Shown: in pieces, positions 58,539 to 64,000 of the stretch
Numbering within the stretch: position 1 is the first letter of the stretch
Layout of the letters: each line of letters begins with the position of its first letter
Assembly: GCA_964632315.1 (NCBI GenBank)
Contig: CAZWEM010000001.1
Location: 112,060 to 176,059, forward strand
Reading direction: 5' to 3'
Length of the DNA: 64,000 bases
Origin: an uncultured archaeon
Lineage (GTDB): Archaea > Asgardarchaeota > Lokiarchaeia > Sigyniarchaeales > SOKP01
The notes under the pieces: generated by a model
Told to the model about the DNA's origin: nothing
Databases searched by the model: none
What the model saw: only the letters and a program-made list of their open reading frames with translations
Program-made: the position numbers and the translations under genes

Positions 58539-58555
58539 AGAAACATTTTTATAGA
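58539..58555 (+). promoter_or_regulatory. BRE/TATA-like promoter element, copy 1
   Basis: AGAAACATTTTTATAGA, identical to 60530-60546, upstream of paralog 1. Confidence 0.6.
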
Positions 58556-58671
58556 CTCTTTTCTCTTTGCTTATTAAAATCCAATTAATTATTATATTTT
58601 CAAATATTCACGAATTTGATAGATAACCATCCATTAAGTATGAATTTAAAAATAACCAGATGTGATGAAAG

Positions 58672-60501
58672 GTAAAATCTTATAAAAACATACTGGGTAT
58701 TTATTTTGTTGTACTTTTCATATTTAGTTGTGTAGCTTTTTATTCATATTTTTCTTTAGGTTATAAAGTGAGTTATACTCAAGAATATATTCCTAAATCA
58801 AGTGTGGAAGAGATAAATCTCCTAACACCCGAAAATAAGACTTATGAACATCCCGATAAGGGGTTTTATTTGGCGACATATGGTTTTGAGAATGAAACAA
58901 TGGGTACAATTCCTGCTGGCTGGATTATATGGCCGGGATCTACTCAAGTGTCTGTAATAGATGAAATTGGGCGCCATAAAAAAGTTCTCGAGTTCTATGA
59001 CACCAAATCTTTATCTGAGAGTACTGCCTATAATTCTTTTTCAGGACAATCGAACGGTACAATTGAATGCTGGATCCGGACTTCAGATGCCAGCCAAAGA
59101 TATGTTATCTATCTGCTTGAAGGAGAGAATGATTACAAGGTAATCCTTTATTTTGATAATAATGAACTCCAATATAAAGACAGCACTAGTGTCAAGACTA
59201 TATGTGGAGGGATTATTAGCAATCATTGGTATCATTTAAGGATTGATTTTGAGTGCGCAACAGGCACTTATAAAGGATTGGATGCGGATCATTTTAAACT
59301 TTTTCTTGATGGAAATGAATATGGCTCTTTTAACTTTAATACTCCAGGTAATTATGTTACTGAATTTTATGCAGGTTCTGACATGTTATCATCAAATATC
59401 TATTGTTATCTCGATGCAGTGGGCTATTCTTGGGATCCCGCTTATGAAATCGGAGATAATTTGAAAGAAGGGTTACTATTAAGTTTCGATAATTCAACGA
59501 ATCTAAACTGGCAAGGATACTCACTAGATGGAGCAAGCAACAAAACAATCTTTGGAAATACAATTATTCCATTTCCTACTGATGGACACCATCATATTCA
59601 AATCTTCGGAATTGATTCACTTGGTAATCCTTATAAATCTACTTTGAGATATTTTTCAATAGATAGCACTTTACCTTACATTTCTATTCTCAATCCCCTT
59701 CAGAACTCCTATTTCAGTAGCCTCTCCCCCACATTTCAATTAGCAATTTCTGGTGAGAATCTGAGTAGTTCTTATTATCAAATTGGAGCCTCTAAAATTT
59801 TATTCGAGACAAATAAAACACAGGTTAGCCAAGATCTTTGGAATAATTGTGCTGAAGGATTGATTCTAGTCCGTTTCTACTTGAATAATACATTTGGAAA
59901 TTATTCAATAGCAGAAATCACGGTGTATAAGGATACTCTCTCACCTTCTATAGTCATTGACTTTCCTAATGAGGGTGAGGTTTGCTATTGGGCACCTTAC
60001 CTTAATTTAGATATCTTTGATGCGAATTTAGATTTAATGTGGTATACTTTAAATGATGACCGCGGTAAATGTTATTTCACGGGGTCCGATTTTGGAATCG
60101 ATCAAGGAGTTTGGAGTATTTTAGATGACGGAGTAGTTACAATTACAATACACGCTACAGATAAAGCAGGGAATGAAAATTCTTACGAATTTTATGTGAT
60201 AAAGGAGGCTTATATTGATCAACCATATGATCCTCCTTCCTATCCTCCTCTCTTAGCAATTGCAATTGGAGGCATTTTGTTGATGGCAATAATCGTCGCT
60301 ATAGTTGTTGTATATGTAAATAAGAATTCACAACCCAGAGCGACTAGAGTCTACCAAGATCAAACTCCCTATTATTCCCCCCCTAGAATAACAAAACAAC
60401 CCCAGTATTCAGTGCCTAAGAGAATGAAATGTCCCTATTGTTCCAATGAAGAAGACATTGATGGAAATTTTTGTCCACAATGTGGAGCTAGATTAAAATA
60501 A
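58672..60501 (+). CDS. Single-pass surface protein: signal segment, ConA/LamG-like domain, Ig-like repeats, TM, cytoplasmic Tyr/Pro tail, Zn ribbon (paralog 1; start uncertain, ORF track 58768)
   Basis: GTIECWIRT, WYHLRIDF, YLDAVG; YSLDG, ATDKAGN; TM LAIAIGGILLMAIIVAIVVVYV; CPYC...CPQC. In-frame hydrophobic leader upstream of the called GTG. Confidence 0.75.
   Translation, partial: VKSYKNILGIYFVVLFIFSCVAFYSYFSLGYKVSYTQEYIPKSSVEEINLLTPENKTYEHPDKGFYLATYGFENETMGTIPAGWIIWPGSTQVSVIDEIGRHKKVLEFYDTKSLSESTAYNSFSGQSNGTIECWIRTSDASQRYVIYLLEGENDYKVILYFDNNELQYKDSTSVKTICGGIISNHWYHLRIDFECATGTYKGLDADHFKLFLDGNEYGSFNFNTPGNYVTEFYAGSDMLSSNIYCYLDAVGYSWDPAYEIGDNLKEGLLLSFDNSTNLNWQGYSLDGASNKTIFGNTIIPFPTDGHHHIQIFGIDSLGNPYKSTLRYFSIDSTLPYISILNPLQNSYFSSLSPTFQLAISGENLSSSYYQIGASKILFETNKTQVSQDLWNNCAEGLILVRFYLNNTFGNYSIAEITVYKDTLSPSIVIDFPNEGEVCYWAPYLNLDIFDANLDLMWYTLNDDRGKCYFTGSDFGIDQGVWSILDDGVVTITIHATDKAGNENSYEFYVIKEAYIDQPYDPPSYPPLLAIAIGGILLMAIIVAIVVVYVNKNSQPRATRVYQDQTPYYSPPRITKQPQYSVPKRMKCPYCSNEEDIDGNFCPQCGARLK
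60427..60470 (+). repeat. 44-bp exact repeat shared by the two paralog 3' ends (other copy 62437-62480)
   Basis: AAATGTCCCTATTGTTCCAATGAAGAAGACATTGATGGAAATTT occurs in both genes. Confidence 0.85.
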
Positions 60502-60529
60502 CTAATTTAAGAATCATTGTAATCGGGAG

Positions 60530-60546
60530 AGAAACATTTTTATAGA
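60530..60546 (+). promoter_or_regulatory. BRE/TATA-like promoter element, copy 2
   Basis: AGAAACATTTTTATAGA, identical to 58539-58555. Confidence 0.6.
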
Positions 60547-60666
60547 TACATTACTCTTATTGATATTAAAATCCATAAAAAAAATTAATTTATTAAAAAA
60601 CTCACGATATTATTGGAGTTCCATCCTTTAGGCATTGAAATCATAACTCGATAAAAGTGATTCAAA

Positions 60667-62511
60667 ATAAAATGCAATAAAAATACTTTCGGGATATTTT
60701 TACTGGGACATTTCCTATTGATTAGCGCATTTTTTTATGGAAGCTTTTCTTCAAAATCATTAGTTAGTTTTTCTCAAGAATCAAGTCCGAAATCAAGTGT
60801 AGGAGAAATTAATCTTAATACTCCTGAAAATAGGACTTACATTGAACCTGATTTTGGATACTATCCTAGTACCTATGGATTTGAAAGTGGTACTCAAGGT
60901 TTTGAAATTAATGATTTGGGAGGCTCAGCTGAGGTAATAAATTCGTTAGCTGGACACAACAAGGTTATGGCACTCTCAGATACTAATCCCAATTATAGAA
61001 TTGATGTTAGACAGATATTCAGGAAATCTACCCAATCCTATGGAACAATCGAATTTTGGCTAAGAACCACTGACCATGGTTCAAGTAAACAACAATATAT
61101 AAGTTTTGTGAGAGGAACAGGTCAATGGGATGAATCAGATTATCTTTTCGCAATCGTAATGAATTTATATGGATGGAATAATCGTGGTGATAGAGTAATC
61201 AATGAAGTGCCTAGCTTAGAAGATAACACGTGGTTTCATTGTAGAATGGATTTTGAGTGCACATCTGGTAAGTACACTGGACTAGATCAATATCATTGGA
61301 GATTTACTGTAAATGGTATTCCTTCAGATCCATTACCCTTTTTAAATCAATTTGATGGAATGGATTTCATTTTATTTCAAACAGGCACAGACCCATATGG
61401 GATGACGCTATATATTGATTCAATTGGATATTCTTGGGAACCAGATTATAACATAGGAGATAACCTTAATGAGGGTTTGTTGTTAAGTTACGATAGCACA
61501 ACTACTCTGGAATGGCAGGGATACTCCTTAGATGGAGCAGATAATATAACAATCTCCGGAGATTCAGTTATTCCGTTTCCAGTAGATGGCAGTCACACAA
61601 TTCAAGTCTCTGGAAATGATTCCTTAGGCAATTCATATCAATCTAATTTAAGATTCTTTTTAATTGATGGCACTTTACCATACATTTCAATCCTTGCTCC
61701 TGCTCAGTATACTTATTTTAGTTGGGAGGCACCCTACTTTCAAATAACGACTTCTGGTGACAATCTCAGTACTACATACTATCAAATCGATGATTTTACA
61801 GTTTTCTGTCAGACTCATCAAGGTCAGATTAATCAAGCGTTATGGGAAACTTGTGATGAGGGATTAGTTGTTATCAGTTTTTACGTGAATAACACGTCTG
61901 GGAACTGTTCAATGGCAGAGCTTACCGTATACAAAGACACTATTTCTCCTTATATCTCTACTGAATTTACATATGAGGGTAGAGTCTATGACTCATCGGC
62001 TCCCTACTTTTATTTAAATCTTTATGATGCGAATATAGATTTGAAATGGTATACTTTAAATGATGATTTCACTAAAAATTATTTTATGGGAGAACATCTG
62101 GGAATTGGTCAAACACTTTGGGACAATTTAGATGATGGTATTATATATATCACCCTATATGCTACTGATAAAGCAGGAAATGCAAACAATTTAAGCTTTT
62201 ACGTTATAAAAGATACTTCGATGATATATCCATATACTCCAACTTACTATCCTCCTTATTTAGCAATCGCAATTGGGGGAATTTTATTCATGGGAATAGT
62301 TGTCACAATCATCGTAATAGTTTTAAATAAAAATTCTCAACCCAGACCCAGAACATCATACCATGATCGATCTCCCTATTACTCTCCCGTAATAAGACCA
62401 AAGCAACCAGAATATTCAGTGCCGAAGAGAATGCTTAAATGTCCCTATTGTTCCAATGAAGAAGACATTGATGGAAATTTCTGCCCGCAATGTGGGGCAA
62501 GATTTCGATAG
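60667..62511 (+). CDS. Single-pass surface protein, tandem paralog 2 (start uncertain, ORF track 60718)
   Basis: Same architecture as paralog 1: GTIEFWLRT, WFHCRMDFEC, YSLDG, ATDKAGN, TM LAIAIGGILF, CPYCSNEEDIDGNFCPQCG. Confidence 0.75.
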   Translation: MKCNKNTFGIFLLGHFLLISAFFYGSFSSKSLVSFSQESSPKSSVGEINLNTPENRTYIEPDFGYYPSTYGFESGTQGFEINDLGGSAEVINSLAGHNKVMALSDTNPNYRIDVRQIFRKSTQSYGTIEFWLRTTDHGSSKQQYISFVRGTGQWDESDYLFAIVMNLYGWNNRGDRVINEVPSLEDNTWFHCRMDFECTSGKYTGLDQYHWRFTVNGIPSDPLPFLNQFDGMDFILFQTGTDPYGMTLYIDSIGYSWEPDYNIGDNLNEGLLLSYDSTTTLEWQGYSLDGADNITISGDSVIPFPVDGSHTIQVSGNDSLGNSYQSNLRFFLIDGTLPYISILAPAQYTYFSWEAPYFQITTSGDNLSTTYYQIDDFTVFCQTHQGQINQALWETCDEGLVVISFYVNNTSGNCSMAELTVYKDTISPYISTEFTYEGRVYDSSAPYFYLNLYDANIDLKWYTLNDDFTKNYFMGEHLGIGQTLWDNLDDGIIYITLYATDKAGNANNLSFYVIKDTSMIYPYTPTYYPPYLAIAIGGILFMGIVVTIIVIVLNKNSQPRPRTSYHDRSPYYSPVIRPKQPEYSVPKRMLKCPYCSNEEDIDGNFCPQCGARFR

Positions 62512-62762
62512 GTGAATTAAATAAATATTTTCTTTCTTTTCGAGTAATTCAATTTGGACAGAAATTCTCTATTTTAAACAACTAATTAACATTTCTTTCC
62601 CATATGAAAAAACAATGAGATCCATCCCCTTTCCCTAAAATCTTCGATAAAATTATCGTAAAAAATATATATTGGATATCATTAAAAAAGATATTATCAA
62701 TCTATATTCAGAAACTATTGATATAAAAACTTTAAAATTAAAATAAAGGAAATTGATTGAAA

Positions 62763-64000
62763 ATGCCAACACAAAAAGATCATTTAAATCTGGTCATAAT
62801 TGGGCACATAGATCACGGTAAAAGCACAATGATGGGTGCTTTACTCATCAAAACTGGTGCTGTAACTGATAGAGAAGCCCGTGAACTCGAAAAACTTGCG
62901 AAAGAATTCGATAGAGAATCTTGGTCATATGCGTACGTTTTTGATCGTCTAAAAGAAGAACGTCAAAGAGGAATCACTATTGACTTGGCTTTTAGAAAGT
63001 TTGAAACCAAATCAAAATATTTCACCATCATCGATGCCCCGGGACACGCTGATTTCGTGAAAAATATGATCACTGGAGCATCTCAAGCTGATGCTGCTAT
63101 TCTTGTCGTGTCTGGAAAGAAAGGAGAAATGGAAGTAGGTATTGCTGCAAATGGTCAGACTCGAGAGCACGCATATTTAGCTCAAACTCTTGGTGTAAAG
63201 CAATTGGTTGTCGCAATTAACAAAGCTGATGTGTATGAGTATAGTGAAGAACGATTCAATGAATGCAAAGAGGCGGTCTCCGAATTACTTCGAAACATAG
63301 GATTTCCTGTAAAGAAAATTCCTTTTGTCCCTGTAAGTGGATTAAAAGCCGAGAATCTTACTGAAAAATCGGATAATCTTCCTTGGTATGATGGTCCAAC
63401 TTTAATTGATGCAATTGATCAATTCACAATTCCTGAAAAACCAACCGGTAAACCATTAAGAGTTCCAATTCAAGATGCTTATAGAATTAAAGGGACTGGT
63501 GTAGTACCAGTAGGTAGGGTCGAGACTGGTATCTTAAAAAAGAACGATAAGATAATAATCCAACCAACTGGCTTTACTGGAGAAATAAGATCCATAGAGA
63601 TGCACCATGAGGAGATTCCCGAGGCTTTACCAGGAGATAACATAGGGTTCAGCATTAGAGGTATCACATTAGAAGATGTTGGACGTGGTGATTGCATGGG
63701 TCATCCTTCCAGTGTGCCAACTGTAGTCACTCCAAAAGGTTATTGGACTGGTCAAATTATCGTGATCTGGCATCCAACAGCAATTGCTCAGGGATATACT
63801 CCGGTCATCCATGCCCATACTGCTCAAGTAGCTGCTCGATTCATGGAATTAAATAAAAAACTTGATCAAAAGACTGGTGCTGTTATAGAGGATTCACCCA
63901 AATTTATCAAGAGAAACGAAGCCGCAATCGTGAAATTACAACCCATAAAGAAGCTTTGCATTGAAAAATATGAAGATATTGCTGAAATGGGCCGATTTGC
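62763..64000 (+). CDS. tuf: Translation elongation factor EF-1 alpha (3' end runs off the window)
   Basis: Not in the ORF track. ATG 62763 gives MPTQKDHLNLVIIGHIDHGKST, RGITID, DAPGHADF, NKAD, KPLRVPIQD. Confidence 0.97.
   Translation, partial: MPTQKDHLNLVIIGHIDHGKSTMMGALLIKTGAVTDREARELEKLAKEFDRESWSYAYVFDRLKEERQRGITIDLAFRKFETKSKYFTIIDAPGHADFVKNMITGASQADAAILVVSGKKGEMEVGIAANGQTREHAYLAQTLGVKQLVVAINKADVYEYSEERFNECKEAVSELLRNIGFPVKKIPFVPVSGLKAENLTEKSDNLPWYDGPTLIDAIDQFTIPEKPTGKPLRVPIQDAYRIKGTGVVPVGRVETGILKKNDKIIIQPTGFTGEIRSIEMHHEEIPEALPGDNIGFSIRGITLEDVGRGDCMGHPSSVPTVVTPKGYWTGQIIVIWHPTAIAQGYTPVIHAHTAQVAARFMELNKKLDQKTGAVIEDSPKFIKRNEAAIVKLQPIKKLCIEKYEDIAEMGRF

Noticed and set aside
60226-60252. PPSY (PPxY late-domain-like) motif in surface paralog 1
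   Set aside because: It lies just before the TM helix on the predicted extracellular side and is not kept in paralog 2.
1219-63697. About 30 short antisense or alternate-frame ORFs of 60-131 aa (e.g. 2499-2738, 42676-43002, 51818-52213, 63479-63697)
   Set aside because: All overlap well-supported genes and show no motifs; they are expected shadow ORFs.
1-64000. tRNA, rRNA, CRISPR arrays, transposases or integrases
   Set aside because: No GC-rich structured segments, regularly spaced repeats or recombinase motifs were seen by eye; a covariance-model scan was not possible.

Overview
AT-rich, gene-dense archaeal DNA, most likely an Asgard archaeon of the Lokiarchaeia. The evidence is three Rab-like GTPases, an ESCRT-III gene beside a steadiness-box protein, a roadblock protein, a histone and split RpoA'/A''. 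The window is mostly core information-processing genes: pus10-rpl21e-rpo4-DUF655-rsmA-hemK2; rpoA'-rpoA''-rpl30e-nusA-rps12-rps7; rpl44e-rps27e, TFS, RPA3, PCNA-priL-priS-GINS, nop10, aIF2a; and EF-1a. Metabolic and membrane genes are interleaved. I saw no rRNA, tRNA, CRISPR array or mobile element. Best leads: (1) a winged-helix + ATP-cone + apparently dead class III ribonucleotide reductase fusion, a candidate dNTP-sensing regulator; (2) a convergent cassette of a YghO/bacterial-ceramide-synthase-like GNAT, a stand-alone 7TM protein, a ThiF adenylase and a second GNAT, a candidate acyl-amide signal/receptor system; (3) a nucleoside/nucleotide kinase ending in a PIP box; (4) an SDR-QueC fusion divergent from queD; (5) a Zn-finger/PH-like/steadiness-box protein converging on an ESCRT-III gene that seems to start at CTG; (6) tandem single-pass receptor-like genes whose signal peptides lack canonical start codons; (7) a small Trp-containing module on the RpoA' C-terminus. 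All family calls come from motif recognition by eye; no database search was run.
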